Assembly: GCA_964416435.1 (NCBI GenBank)
Contig: CAYQEG010000004.1
Coordinates: 29,378-93,377, forward strand
Origin: an uncultured Rickettsiales bacterium
Lineage (GTDB): Bacteria; Myxococcota_A; UBA796; UBA9615
DNA: 64,000 nt
Direction: 5' to 3'
Numbering within the stretch: the first letter of the stretch is position 1; each line of letters begins with the position of its first letter. Of this stretch, positions 1-9,932 are shown in pieces. Below the pieces are notes generated by a model, which saw only the letters and a program-made list of their open reading frames with translations, searched no databases and had not been told where the DNA came from. The translations under genes were made by a program, and so were the position numbers.

Positions 1-25
1 AAACGGGCTGTTACAGTCCGGCGCC

Positions 26-505
26 GTGACGGTTCGGGTGCTCGCCATCGCCCTCGTCTTCGTGCTCGGCGCCTGCGCGTCGGGGGGCTCTTCACGGCCG
101 GTCGGCATCGTCGTGTTGAAGGGCGCCGACCAGGTCCTCTCGTTCGATCGCCTCGGTGAGATCGTGCCGATCTCCGGCCCCGCCGCGGTGGTGGAGGAGC
201 TCGATCGCCTCGTCGGGGCGCGCGTCGCCGTCCGCGGTCGGATCAACGACACAGGCGCCTGGATTCGGGCCTACGAGCTGCTCGAGGCGCCCGACGGGAT
301 GGTGCCCTACGTCGGCACGCTCGTCTTCGACCAGGCGGGGCTGCGCCTCCACGACGAGACGACGGGTACCCGCCTCGCGCTCCGCTCCTCCGAGTTGGAC
401 GCCCTCAAGCGCCATCACGGTGACCGGCTGTGGGTCACCGGCAGCATCGTCGGCCCCCAGATCGTCCTCGTCGCCCACTGGGGTGTGATCCGCAACGCCC
501 CCTGA
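26..505 (+). CDS. hypothetical lipoprotein
   Basis: GTG start. The N-terminus MTVRVLAIALVFVLGACASGG has a signal peptide with lipobox LGAC. Codon third positions are GC-rich. No recognisable family. Confidence 0.55.
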   Translation: MTVRVLAIALVFVLGACASGGSSRPVGIVVLKGADQVLSFDRLGEIVPISGPAAVVEELDRLVGARVAVRGRINDTGAWIRAYELLEAPDGMVPYVGTLVFDQAGLRLHDETTGTRLALRSSELDALKRHHGDRLWVTGSIVGPQIVLVAHWGVIRNAP

Positions 506-529
506 CCCTTCGCCCCTTCCGGAGCCCCC

Positions 530-2089
530 ATGACGCTCGACCTCGTCCCCGTCCGCCGCGCCCTCCTGTCCGTCTGGGACAAGACCGGGGTGGTGGAGCT
601 CGCCCAGGATCTGCAATCTCGCGGGATCGAGCTGCTGTCGACCGGCGGCACGATGCGCACCCTGAAGGAGGCCGGCCTGCCCGTGACCGCCGTGGCCGAC
701 TTCACGGGTCACCCGGAGATCTTCTCGGGGCGGGTCAAGACACTCCACCCCAAGCTCGAGGGCGCGATCCTGTACCGCCGGCACGACCAGTCGGACGAAG
801 CGGCGACCCTTGGCATCCCCCCGATCGACCTCGTCGTGGTCAACCTCTACCCGTTCGAGGCGGTCACCGCGGACGCCTCCTGCGACCTCGCCCGGGCAAT
901 GGAGCACGTCGACATCGGCGGCCCCACGATGATCCGCGCCGCCTCCAAGAACCACGCTTCGGTCGCGGTCGTCACCGACCCTTCCAGCTACGGCGCGCTG
1001 CGCCTCGAGCTGGAGGAGCACGGGGGAGCGACCTCGGGGGCGGCCCGCGCGACCTGGGCCCGGGACGCCTTCGGGCGCACCGCGGAGTACGACGCGCGGA
1101 TCGCCGCCTGGCTGCAGCGGACCCAGCACGACGATCGGTTCGCGCCCCGCGTCTCGGTGCCGATGTCCCGGGTCCAGGAGCTGCGCTACGGCGAGAACCC
1201 CCACCAGCCCGCCGCCTTCTACGGTGAGGTCGGCTGGACCGGTCCGACCCTCGCGGACGCCCGGCAGCACCAGGGCAAGCACCTGTCCTACAACAACATC
1301 ATGGACGCCGACGCGGCGCTCCAGATGGTCCTGGAGCTGCAGGGGCCCGGGGCGGTGATCGTCAAGCACGCCAACCCCTGCGGCGCGGCCCAGGCGGCGG
1401 ACCTGGTCGCGGCCTACGACGACGCGCTGGCCTGCGACTCGACGTCGGCGTTCGGCGGCATCCTCGCGATCAACCGCCCGTTCACGGCGGCGCTCGCCGA
1501 GCGGATCGGCCGCCACTTCTTCGAGGTCATCCTCGCGCCGTCGTTCGAGGCGGACGGCCTGGAGCGCATGGCCCGCAAGAAGAACCTGCGCCTGCTGGAG
1601 ATCCCCCGCATGGACGTCGATCCGCGGGGGGACTGGTTCCTCAAGCGGGTGATGGGCGGCTACCTGCTCAGCGGCTGGGACGCGGGCGGCCCGGAGACCC
1701 GCGAGGTGGCCACGAAGCGGCAGCCGACCGACGCGGAGCTCGGCTCCCTCGAGTTCGCCTGGCGGATCTGCAAGCACGTCAAGAGCAACGCCATCCTGCT
1801 GGCCGCGGGCACCCGCACGATCGGCATCGGGGCCGGCCAGATGAGCCGGGTCGACGCCAGCGAGGTGGCGGTGCTCAAGGCCGGCCGCGCGGGCCTCGAC
1901 ACCACCGGCTCGGTCCTCGCGTCGGACGCGTTCTTCCCGTTCCGAGATGGGCTCGACGCGGCGGCGAAGGCCGGCTGCACGGCGGTGATCCAGCCGGGCG
2001 GGAGCAAGCGCGACGCGGAGGTGATCGCGGCGGCCGATGAGCACGGCATCGCGATGGTCTTCACCGGGACCCGCCACTTCCGGCACTGA
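530..2089 (+). CDS. purH: bifunctional AICAR transformylase / IMP cyclohydrolase
   Basis: 519 aa. N-terminal MGS-like block RALLSVWDKTGVVELAQDLQSRGIELLSTGGT and C-terminal AICARFT block with the ending GTRHFRH typical of PurH. Confidence 0.95.
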   Translation: MTLDLVPVRRALLSVWDKTGVVELAQDLQSRGIELLSTGGTMRTLKEAGLPVTAVADFTGHPEIFSGRVKTLHPKLEGAILYRRHDQSDEAATLGIPPIDLVVVNLYPFEAVTADASCDLARAMEHVDIGGPTMIRAASKNHASVAVVTDPSSYGALRLELEEHGGATSGAARATWARDAFGRTAEYDARIAAWLQRTQHDDRFAPRVSVPMSRVQELRYGENPHQPAAFYGEVGWTGPTLADARQHQGKHLSYNNIMDADAALQMVLELQGPGAVIVKHANPCGAAQAADLVAAYDDALACDSTSAFGGILAINRPFTAALAERIGRHFFEVILAPSFEADGLERMARKKNLRLLEIPRMDVDPRGDWFLKRVMGGYLLSGWDAGGPETREVATKRQPTDAELGSLEFAWRICKHVKSNAILLAAGTRTIGIGAGQMSRVDASEVAVLKAGRAGLDTTGSVLASDAFFPFRDGLDAAAKAGCTAVIQPGGSKRDAEVIAAADEHGIAMVFTGTRHFRH

Positions 2090-2166
2090 TCCGAACGACC
2101 GCGGGGGTCCCAACAAGGCCCCCCGGACCGGTACACTGTGGTCTTGCCGCCCGGCGCGGAGGGGCC

Positions 2167-4812
2167 ATGCAGATCACCTGCCAGCACTGCAGCAACAACT
2201 TCGACCACGACGTCCCCGCCTACGCACAGGGGGAGGGGACGGTCGTCTGCCCATCGTGCGGACGGGACACCCCTGCGGTGGACAGCTGGGCCGCCCTGGG
2301 CGCCGGAGGCGGCGACCTCTTCGGCGGCGGCGGCGGTGGCCTGGGCGGCGGCGGAGGAGGCCTGGGCCTCGCCGGCGGCGGGGCGGCCGGCGGTGCCGAG
2401 GCGCGGGTCTACTGCTTCAACTGCGGCAAGGCGATGAGCCCCCGCGAAGGGGAGCTCATCCCGGTCTGCGACGAGTGTCGGCAGGACGCCGGCCGCGCCG
2501 ACGCCACCACCGGCGCCGCGCCGACGGTCGACAGCACCTCGACGTCGGAGCAGCTGCTCCCGGGTGACGAAGAGCCGGTCGCCGACTGGATGATCCGCAA
2601 GGGCAACGGCAACGTCTACGGTCCGTTCCCCAACGAGACGATCGTCGAGTGGATCCGGGCCAAGAAGATCAACCCGGACGAAGAGGTCGCCCACATCGGC
2701 GGCGCCTGGCGGCTGTTCGGCCAGCACGAGGAGTTCGGGCGCTACTTCGACTCCACGTCCGACGTCACGGTCGGCGGCCCGGGGACCCAGGAGATCGACT
2801 TCCGGCGGCGCAGCCCGCTGCGGGACGCCCTCCGATCCGGCGGTCGCGGCATCACCGCGCTGGTCGTCCTCGCGGTCATCGGCGGCGGCGCCTGGTTCCT
2901 GATCAGCCGGGACGTGCTCGTCGTCCCGGAGTCGACCATCAACGCGGTGGCGGATCGGGTCTCGGACAGCACCAGCCGAGGCGGCGACTCCCCGATGATG
3001 AGTGAGGACGCCGGAGCGCTGCTCGTGCAGCTGTCGGACCGGTGGCCGGGCCTCGACGTCGACGGCGCCTCGAGCATGGAGCACTTCCTGCGGGGCCGCA
3101 CCGCGATGCTCCAGGACGGCGTGTCGGACCTGCAGAGCGCGCGCGAGCACCTGGAGAAGGCGGTCGTTCTCGACTCCACCAACGCCCTGGCGCTCGGCTC
3201 GCTCGCCGAGCTGTACAGCCTGCAGTCCAGCCGCGGTGAGGCGAGCCTCGACCTGCAGCGCCAGGCCATCTATCTCATCGAGCTGGCCGAGCAGCAGAAC
3301 AACTACACGACGGAGACCCTGCGGGCGCGAGCGTCCTGGCTGATCTACTCCGACAACCCGGCCGAGGGCGCGGGCATGGCCCAGCGGGCCCTGCAGAACA
3401 ACCCCGCCGATCCGGCGCTGCACTACCTGCTCGGCGTCTCGGCGGCGGCGCAAGTGCGGGGCGTCGGAGACGCGGCCCAGGGGCACTTCGACAAGGCGCT
3501 CGAGATCGACCCGGGCTTCCACCAGGTCTACGCCGAGCTCGGCAAGGGCCACGAAGAGATCGGCGACCTCCGGGGGGCGATCGAGTACTACGGCAAGAAG
3601 ATCGAGCTCGACCCTCGCGCGGCCGCCGCGCACACCTCGCTCGGCGCCATCTACCAGCGGGTCGGGGACGTCGCGAAGGCGTCGGGCCACTACGACCGGG
3701 CGATCGAGATCAACCCGTCCGGCCGGGACGCGATCATCGGCCGCGCCATCATCGCCTACCAGGTCGACGGGACCCCCGAGCGGGCGGCTCAGCTGCTCGC
3801 GCCGCTGCTCGCGGAGGGCGGGCCCGAGCTCAAGATCGTGGAGCGCAAGGAGGTCGGGGTGCACCTGACGGCGGCCCGTCGACTGGCCGGCGACCTGGAC
3901 GGCGCCATGGAGGCGATCGAGGCGGTCCTCAAGGAGGATCGCAACTACTCCGCCGGCCTCTTCCAGAAGGGCGTGACGATGATCGCCCGGGACGAGGCGG
4001 GCGCCTCGATCCCGCTGTTCACGAAGGCCGAGGACAAGTCCCTGACGACGCTGGAGCGGGCGACGATCCTCTTCTGGTCCGGCCGGGCGTCCGCCGCCGC
4101 GGGCCAGGGGCTGGACGCGCTCGAAGCGTACGACCGCGCCATCGAGGTCGACCCCACGTTCGTCCCGGCGTACCTGTGGAAGGCCGACGTCCGGCTCGAC
4201 CAGGGCAGCACCGGCGTCGCCGCGGCCGACATCCTGGAGCACGTCGGACGCGATCCGCTGGCCTACGCCCGGGTGCGTGAACCGGGCCTGTTCTTCGAGC
4301 CGCTCCCGGATCTGGCGCCCCTCGCCGCGCGGCTCAGGGAGGCGTCGAGCAAGACCGCGTTCGACCCGCCGCTGTACGCCGCGACCGGCATCGTGCTGTT
4401 CCACCACGGTGACCTCGGGAACGCGCGGCGCTGGCTCGGCAAGGCCCGCGAGCAGGACGACCGAAGCGAGGGCGCGGCCTTCTACCTGGGCCTCGTCGAG
4501 TACCGCAGCCGCCAGCACGCCGCCGCCAGCGCGCTGTTCCGCGCGCTGCTGACCCTGGTCCACAACAAGGGCGTCTACCACGTGTACATGGCCGACACGC
4601 TGCTGGAGCAGGGCCGCACCGACGACGCCGTCTCGGCTTACGAGAAGGGCCACGGCTACGGCGGGGAGAGCGCGTGGTCCCACACCCGGCTGGCCGAGGC
4701 GCTGGCCCGTCGAGGCGAGAACGACCAGGCCGCCGAGGAGATCGGCAAGGCCCTGAAGCTGGACGCCACCGCCGTCGCTCCCCGTCGCCAGGCGTTCCAG
4801 CTGGGGCTGTGA
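2167..4812 (+). CDS. zinc-ribbon / GYF_2 / transmembrane / TPR-repeat protein
   Basis: N-terminal MQITCQHCSNNF...VVCPSCG (MJ0042-type CxxC...CxxC finger) and a second CxxC...C pair. Gly-rich linker, then a GYF-like block DWMIRKGNGNVYGPFPNETIVEWI. One TM segment (ITALVVLAVIGGGAWFLI), then many TPR-like repeats (ALE.DP..). Confidence 0.8.
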   Translation: MQITCQHCSNNFDHDVPAYAQGEGTVVCPSCGRDTPAVDSWAALGAGGGDLFGGGGGGLGGGGGGLGLAGGGAAGGAEARVYCFNCGKAMSPREGELIPVCDECRQDAGRADATTGAAPTVDSTSTSEQLLPGDEEPVADWMIRKGNGNVYGPFPNETIVEWIRAKKINPDEEVAHIGGAWRLFGQHEEFGRYFDSTSDVTVGGPGTQEIDFRRRSPLRDALRSGGRGITALVVLAVIGGGAWFLISRDVLVVPESTINAVADRVSDSTSRGGDSPMMSEDAGALLVQLSDRWPGLDVDGASSMEHFLRGRTAMLQDGVSDLQSAREHLEKAVVLDSTNALALGSLAELYSLQSSRGEASLDLQRQAIYLIELAEQQNNYTTETLRARASWLIYSDNPAEGAGMAQRALQNNPADPALHYLLGVSAAAQVRGVGDAAQGHFDKALEIDPGFHQVYAELGKGHEEIGDLRGAIEYYGKKIELDPRAAAAHTSLGAIYQRVGDVAKASGHYDRAIEINPSGRDAIIGRAIIAYQVDGTPERAAQLLAPLLAEGGPELKIVERKEVGVHLTAARRLAGDLDGAMEAIEAVLKEDRNYSAGLFQKGVTMIARDEAGASIPLFTKAEDKSLTTLERATILFWSGRASAAAGQGLDALEAYDRAIEVDPTFVPAYLWKADVRLDQGSTGVAAADILEHVGRDPLAYARVREPGLFFEPLPDLAPLAARLREASSKTAFDPPLYAATGIVLFHHGDLGNARRWLGKAREQDDRSEGAAFYLGLVEYRSRQHAAASALFRALLTLVHNKGVYHVYMADTLLEQGRTDDAVSAYEKGHGYGGESAWSHTRLAEALARRGENDQAAEEIGKALKLDATAVAPRRQAFQLGL

Positions 4813-4888
4813 TCGCCGGGCCGCCCGCAGCGGGTTGAACGCCGGCTGAGTTCCTGCAACAGTCCGCCTCCCCGTGGAGGCTGCCGCC

Positions 4889-6169
4889 ATGCGTGTGCTC
4901 GTCATCGGCGGCGGAGGGCGCGAACACGCCCTCTGCTGGAAGATCGCCCGGTCGCCGTCCTGCGACGACCTGCTCGTGGCGCCCGGCAACGCCGGCACGT
5001 CCGAAGTCGCGCGCTCGCTCGCGCTCGACGTGGGAGACCACGCCGCGACCCTCGCCGCCTGCCGCGACCAGGGGGTGGACCTGGTCGTCATCGGCCCCGA
5101 AGCCCCGCTCGTCGACGGCCTCGCGGACTCCCTCCGAGCCGGCGGCGTGAGCGTGTTCGGTCCGTCGGCTGCCGCCTCGCGGCTGGAGGGGAGCAAGTCG
5201 TTCGCCAAGGACTTCATGGAGCGACACGGCATCCCGACCGCCGGCGCGACGGTGTTCGACGACGGCGCCGCCCTCCAGGCCCACCTGCTGACCTGCCCTT
5301 TGCCGACGGTGGTCAAGGCCGATGGGCTCGCCGCGGGCAAGGGCGTCATCGTCTGCTTCACGCGCGAGGAGGCGGTCGACGCAGGCCGCCAGATGGTCGT
5401 GGAAGGGCGGTTCGGGGCTGCCGCCGACCGGGTGGTGGTCGAGGAGTTCATGGCGGGCGAAGAGGCGACGGTGTTCGCGCTCGTCGACGGCGAGACGGTG
5501 GTCCCCCTGCAGGCCTCTCAGGACCACAAGCGCCGGTTCGAGGGGGACGAAGGGCCCAACACCGGCGGCATGGGCGCCTACACCCCGGTCCCGGCGGTGG
5601 ACGACGCGCTCCTGCGGCGGGTCACGGACGACGTCCTGATCCCGGCGGCCAGAGGCATGGTGGCCGACGGCACGCCCTACCAGGGGCTGCTGTACGCCGG
5701 GCTGATGCTGACCGACCGGGGCCCCCGGGTGGTCGAGTTCAACTGCCGCTTCGGTGATCCCGAGTGCCAGCCGCTCCTGCTGGCGATGGAGTCGGACCTC
5801 CTGCCGCTGCTCGCGGCCACGGCCGACGGCACGCTCGGGTCGGCCCCGGCCCCCCGCTTCTTCGACGGGGCGACCCTGTGCGTGGTCCTGGTCAGCGGCG
5901 GCTACCCGGGCCCCTACGACAAGGGGTTGCCGATCAACGGCGTGCCGGCGGACGACGACGACGTGGTCGTCTTCCACGCCGGGACCCGCCGAGCCGATGA
6001 CGGCGCCCTGCTGACGAACGGCGGCCGGGTGCTCGGCGTCACCGCGCGCGGGGACACCGTCGCTCAGGCTCGGGACCGCGCCTACGCGGTCGTGGACCAG
6101 ATCCGCTGGGAGGGCATGGCCTTCCGAACTGACATCGCATGGCGCACTGGCGCCGCACAGAGAGGGTGA
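4889..6169 (+). CDS. purD: phosphoribosylamine-glycine ligase
   Basis: MRVLVIGGGGREHALCWKIA N-terminus and ATP-grasp body. GGAGG lies 8 nt upstream of ATG 4889; the ORF track starts 5 codons earlier at GTG 4874. Confidence 0.93.
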   Translation: MRVLVIGGGGREHALCWKIARSPSCDDLLVAPGNAGTSEVARSLALDVGDHAATLAACRDQGVDLVVIGPEAPLVDGLADSLRAGGVSVFGPSAAASRLEGSKSFAKDFMERHGIPTAGATVFDDGAALQAHLLTCPLPTVVKADGLAAGKGVIVCFTREEAVDAGRQMVVEGRFGAAADRVVVEEFMAGEEATVFALVDGETVVPLQASQDHKRRFEGDEGPNTGGMGAYTPVPAVDDALLRRVTDDVLIPAARGMVADGTPYQGLLYAGLMLTDRGPRVVEFNCRFGDPECQPLLLAMESDLLPLLAATADGTLGSAPAPRFFDGATLCVVLVSGGYPGPYDKGLPINGVPADDDDVVVFHAGTRRADDGALLTNGGRVLGVTARGDTVAQARDRAYAVVDQIRWEGMAFRTDIAWRTGAAQRG

Positions 6170-6173
6170 TTCG

Positions 6174-6665
6174 ATGAGCGCTTCCGTTGGCATCTTGATG
6201 GGTTCGATCAGCGACCGAGAGGTCATGCAGGCGTGCGCCGACACGCTGGACCGCTTCGGGATCGACTACGAGTGGCGGGTGATGTCCGCGCACCGCACGC
6301 CCGAGGCGGCGGCCGAGTTCTGCAGCACCGCTCGGGCGCGCGGCGTCGGGGTCCTGATCTGCGGCGCCGGGATGGCCGCCCACCTCGCCGGCGCGGCGGC
6401 CGCCCACAGCACGCTGCCGGTCATCGGGGTCCCCATCGCGGCGTCCCTCGACGGCATGGACGCGCTGCTCGCGACGGTGCAGATGCCGCCCGGGCTGCCC
6501 GTCGCCACCGTGGCGATCGGTCGGGCCGGCGCCCGCAACGCGGCGATCCTCGCCGTGCAGATCCTGGCCACCTCCGACGACGAGGTGCTCGCCCGGCTGG
6601 AGGCGGACCGGGTCGCGATGAAGGCGAAGGTCGAGGCGGCGGACCGGGAGCTCCAGAACCGCTGA
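6174..6665 (+). CDS. purE: 5-(carboxyamino)imidazole ribonucleotide mutase
   Basis: 163 aa. [14 protein letters not shown]...[10 protein letters not shown]...[10 protein letters not shown] is the classic PurE signature. Confidence 0.93.
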   Translation: MSASVGILMGSISDREVMQACADTLDRFGIDYEWRVMSAHRTPEAAAEFCSTARARGVGVLICGAGMAAHLAGAAAAHSTLPVIGVPIAASLDGMDALLATVQMPPGLPVATVAIGRAGARNAAILAVQILATSDDEVLARLEADRVAMKAKVEAADRELQNR

Positions 6666-6667
6666 CC

Positions 6668-7276
6668 ATGGAAGCCCTCCTGCGCGTCCTTCGCGACGGC
6701 GGGCTCGTCGTCTACCCGACCGAGACCGTGTACGGCATCGGCACCGCCTTGTCGGCCGGTCAGGCCGGCGTCGAGCGGGTGCGGGCGGCCAAGGGGAGCC
6801 CGCCGGGGCGACCGTTCCTCGTCGTGGCGGCCGACGCCGCGATGGCGTTCTCCCTGTGGAGCCGGATCCCCGACGCCGCCCACGCTCTCGCCGACGAGGC
6901 CTGGCCGGGCCCGTTGACGTTGATCGGCCCCGCGCGTGAGGGGCTGCCGCCCGGCCTGCTCGGGGAGCGCGACGGTGAACCCACGATCAGCGTGAGGGTG
7001 CCTGGCGATGCGTGGCTCCGACGCGTGCTCACGTCGCTCGGTGAACCCCTGATCTCGACGTCCGCCAACCGGGCCGGGGAGCCGCCTCCGGGGGCGTTCG
7101 AGGACGTCGATCTCGATGCCCTGAGACCCGACCACGCGGTCGACCGCGGGCGGTGCGCGGGGGGCACGCCGTCGACCTTGATCGACCTCCTCACGGACCC
7201 GCCGACGCTGCTGCGTCGGGGGGCCCTGAATGTGCTATCCATCCCGCTCCTCGGATCCGAGGGAGCCAGCCGATGA
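6668..7276 (+). CDS. tsaC: L-threonylcarbamoyladenylate synthase (YrdC/Sua5 family)
   Basis: Internal ATG of the long ORF 6233-7276. [16 protein letters not shown]...KGSPPGRPF...[12 protein letters not shown] are YrdC-domain motifs. The stop overlaps the leuS start (ATGA). Confidence 0.85.
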   Translation: MEALLRVLRDGGLVVYPTETVYGIGTALSAGQAGVERVRAAKGSPPGRPFLVVAADAAMAFSLWSRIPDAAHALADEAWPGPLTLIGPAREGLPPGLLGERDGEPTISVRVPGDAWLRRVLTSLGEPLISTSANRAGEPPPGAFEDVDLDALRPDHAVDRGRCAGGTPSTLIDLLTDPPTLLRRGALNVLSIPLLGSEGASR

Positions 7277-9921
7277 CCACCGAAGAGACCGCCTATCGAC
7301 CCTCCGCCATCGAGGCGAAGTGGCAGGCCCGCTGGGACGCGGACCGCACCTTCGCCGTCGCCGATGACGGGGGGGATCGCCCGAAGTTCTACATGCTGGA
7401 GATGTTCCCGTACCCCAGCGGCAAGCTGCACATGGGGCACGTGCGCAACTACTCCATCGGCGACGTGCTGGCCCGCTTCAAGCGCGCCCGCGGCTTCGAC
7501 GTGCTGCACCCGATGGGCTGGGACGCCTTCGGCCTGCCGGCCGAGAACGCCGCGCGCGAGCACGGCACCCACCCGGCCACCTGGACCCGCGCCAACATCG
7601 CAACCATGCGCGACCAGCTGAAGCGGCTGGGCTTCGCCTACGACTGGTCCCGCGAGCTGACCACCTGCGACCCCGACTACTACCGGTGGGAGCAGCAGGT
7701 CTTCATCAAGATGTGGGAGCGCGGCCTGGCCTACCGCAAGAAGGGGCTGCTGAACTGGTGCGACGGCTGCGGCACCGTCCTGGCCAACGAGCAGGTCGAG
7801 GACGGCAGTTGCTGGCGCGGACACGGGACGGTCCGCCAGCGCGAGATGGAGCAGTGGTACCTGCGCATCACCGACTACGCGGACGAGCTGCTGGACGACC
7901 TGGCGAAGCTGGGCGGCTGGCCGTCGGCGGTGACGGTCCAGCAGGAAGCCTGGATCGGCAAGTCCCACGGCGCCTCGATCCTGTTCGAGGTGGCCGACGC
8001 GGCCGACATCGACGGCATCGACGGCCCCCTGGAGGTCTTCACCACCCGGCCGGACACGCTGTACGGCTGCACCTTCATGTCCCTGGCGCCCGAGCATCCG
8101 TGGACGCGCAAGCTGTGCGTCGGCACGGAGCAGGAGGCCGCCGTCCTGGCGTTCATCGACGAGATGGGCACGACGGACAAGGCCGCCCGGATGGACGACA
8201 AGACCGAGAAGAAGGGGCTGTTCACCGGGCGCCACGCGATCAACCCGGTCAACGGGCGACGCGTGCCGATCTACACCGCCAACTTCGTGCTGGCCGACTA
8301 CGGAACCGGCGCGGTCATGGCGGTGCCCGCCCACGACCAGCGGGACTTCGAGTTCGCCGACAAGTACGGCATCGACAAGGTCGTCGTGATCCAGCCCGAC
8401 GGCGTCGACGCGCTGGACGTCGCCACCATGACAGAGGCGTTCGCGGGCGAGGGGACGATGCTGAACAGCGGCCCCCACGACGGCCTCCACAGCACCGACG
8501 GCAAGGGCGCGGTGGTGCAGGAGCTGGTCGACGGCGACTCCGGGAGCGCGACGATCAACTTCCGGCTGCGGGACTGGGGGCTGAGCCGTCAGCGCTTCTG
8601 GGGCTCCCCGGTGCCGATGATCCATTGCGGCGCCTGCGGGATCGTGCCGGTCCCCGAGGCGGACCTGCCGGTGGTGCTGCCCGAAGACGTCGACCTGGCC
8701 GGGCACGGCGGCTCGCCGCTGCCCGCGCTGGAGTCGTTCTGGAAGGTCGACTGTCCGTCCTGCGGGGCGGCCTCGCGCCGGGACACGGACACGTTCGACA
8801 CCTTCATGGAGAGCAGCTGGTACCAGATCCGCTACTGCTCGCCGCACTTCACCGGCGGCATGGTGGATCCCGACCAGGCGCGTCGCTTCCTGCCCGTCGA
8901 CCAGTACGTCGGGGGCATCGAGCACGCGGTGATGCACCTGCTGTACGCGCGCTTCTACACGAAGGTCCTGCGGGACCTGGGGATCGTCGAGGTCGACGAG
9001 CCGTTCACCAACCTGCTGTGCCAGGGGATGGTCTGCCACGAGACCTACAGCACGGGGGAGGGGACCGACCGCAAGTACTACTTCCCGACGGACGTCGACA
9101 TCCGGACCGAGGGCGAGGAGCGTCGCGCGTTCCTGAAGGACGGCGCGGAGGTCGAGATCGGCCCCGTCATCAAGATGTCCAAGTCCAAGAAGAACGTGGT
9201 CGATCCCGAAGCCCTGATGGGGCGCTTCGGAGCGGACACCGCGCGGCTGTTCTGCCTGTTCGCGGCGCCGCCTCACAAGGACCTGGACTGGGCCGACACC
9301 GGGGTCGAAGGGAGCGCCCGCTTCCTGTCCCGGGTCTGGCGGCTGGTCCAGCGGCGAGTCGACCTGATCCGCGACGCCCAGGGCACGTTCGATGGCATCA
9401 GCAAGGCGGGCCAGGCGCTGCGCCGGACCCTGCACCAGACGATCGCGAAGGTGACCGACGACATCGAGCGTCGCCTGGTGTTCAACACCGCCATCGCCGC
9501 GATCATGGAGCTGTCCAACGCGATGGCGTCCTTCGAGAGCAAGGAAGGCAAGCCGGTCGAGCTGAGCAGCGGCGACGCCGACGCGTTCGCCGAGGCGGCC
9601 CGGACGGTGCTGCTGATGCTGAGCCCGTTCGCGCCGCACTTCGCCGACGAGCTGTGGGAGACGATCGGCGGCGACGGCCTGGTGGAGGACCAGCCGTGGC
9701 CCGAGGCCGACGCCGACGTGGCGGCCGAGGACGAGATCACGATCGTGGTGATGGTCCAGGGCAAGAAGCGCGACGAGCTGCAGGTGCCGGCCTCGAGCGC
9801 CGAAGCCGAGGTGGTCGCCGCCGCGATGGCCCGAGACTCGGTCCGCAAGTGGGTCGGCGACAAGCCCCCCCGCTTCGTCAAGTACGTGCCCGGCCGCCTC
9901 GTCAACATCGTGCCGGGCTAG
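7273..9921 (+). CDS. leuS: leucine-tRNA ligase
   Basis: Start [25 protein letters not shown]-type motif PYPSGKLHMGH and KMSKS motif (IKMSKSKKN). About 882 aa. Confidence 0.95.
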   Translation: MTTEETAYRPSAIEAKWQARWDADRTFAVADDGGDRPKFYMLEMFPYPSGKLHMGHVRNYSIGDVLARFKRARGFDVLHPMGWDAFGLPAENAAREHGTHPATWTRANIATMRDQLKRLGFAYDWSRELTTCDPDYYRWEQQVFIKMWERGLAYRKKGLLNWCDGCGTVLANEQVEDGSCWRGHGTVRQREMEQWYLRITDYADELLDDLAKLGGWPSAVTVQQEAWIGKSHGASILFEVADAADIDGIDGPLEVFTTRPDTLYGCTFMSLAPEHPWTRKLCVGTEQEAAVLAFIDEMGTTDKAARMDDKTEKKGLFTGRHAINPVNGRRVPIYTANFVLADYGTGAVMAVPAHDQRDFEFADKYGIDKVVVIQPDGVDALDVATMTEAFAGEGTMLNSGPHDGLHSTDGKGAVVQELVDGDSGSATINFRLRDWGLSRQRFWGSPVPMIHCGACGIVPVPEADLPVVLPEDVDLAGHGGSPLPALESFWKVDCPSCGAASRRDTDTFDTFMESSWYQIRYCSPHFTGGMVDPDQARRFLPVDQYVGGIEHAVMHLLYARFYTKVLRDLGIVEVDEPFTNLLCQGMVCHETYSTGEGTDRKYYFPTDVDIRTEGEERRAFLKDGAEVEIGPVIKMSKSKKNVVDPEALMGRFGADTARLFCLFAAPPHKDLDWADTGVEGSARFLSRVWRLVQRRVDLIRDAQGTFDGISKAGQALRRTLHQTIAKVTDDIERRLVFNTAIAAIMELSNAMASFESKEGKPVELSSGDADAFAEAARTVLLMLSPFAPHFADELWETIGGDGLVEDQPWPEADADVAAEDEITIVVMVQGKKRDELQVPASSAEAEVVAAAMARDSVRKWVGDKPPRFVKYVPGRLVNIVPG

Positions 9922-9932
9922 GCTGGCGCGCG

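Noticed and set aside
92-5451. Very long antisense ORFs opposite purH, the TPR protein and purD (92-2116, 674 aa; 1660-5451, 1263 aa).
   Set aside because: Their translations are Arg/Ala/Gly/Pro/Asp-rich low-complexity strings with no motifs. They lie exactly opposite ORFs with unmistakable conserved signatures. In DNA this GC-rich, stop-free antisense frames are expected.
6760-9639. A 959-aa minus-strand ORF opposite leuS, and similar shadows opposite the kinase (54931-58485), recG (17726-19603), the acyl-CoA ligases (19747-21534, 31396-33234) and the methyltransferase (53308-54456).
   Set aside because: The same reasoning applies. Each overlaps a recognised gene on the other strand and shows no recognisable domain.
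7686-9932. N-terminal extensions offered by the ORF track: holA as 1095 aa, lepB as 571 aa from 12550, acyl-CoA synthetase from 19129, tsaC from 6233, the lipoprotein/hydrolase/barrel genes from 34873, 36249 and 36794, the M64 peptidase from 24104, and the EBP from 61471.
   Set aside because: The extensions run through the preceding gene in another frame and are Arg/Gly/Pro-rich. Internal starts coincide with signal peptides, conserved N-termini, SD-like sequences or ATGA/GTGA coupling.
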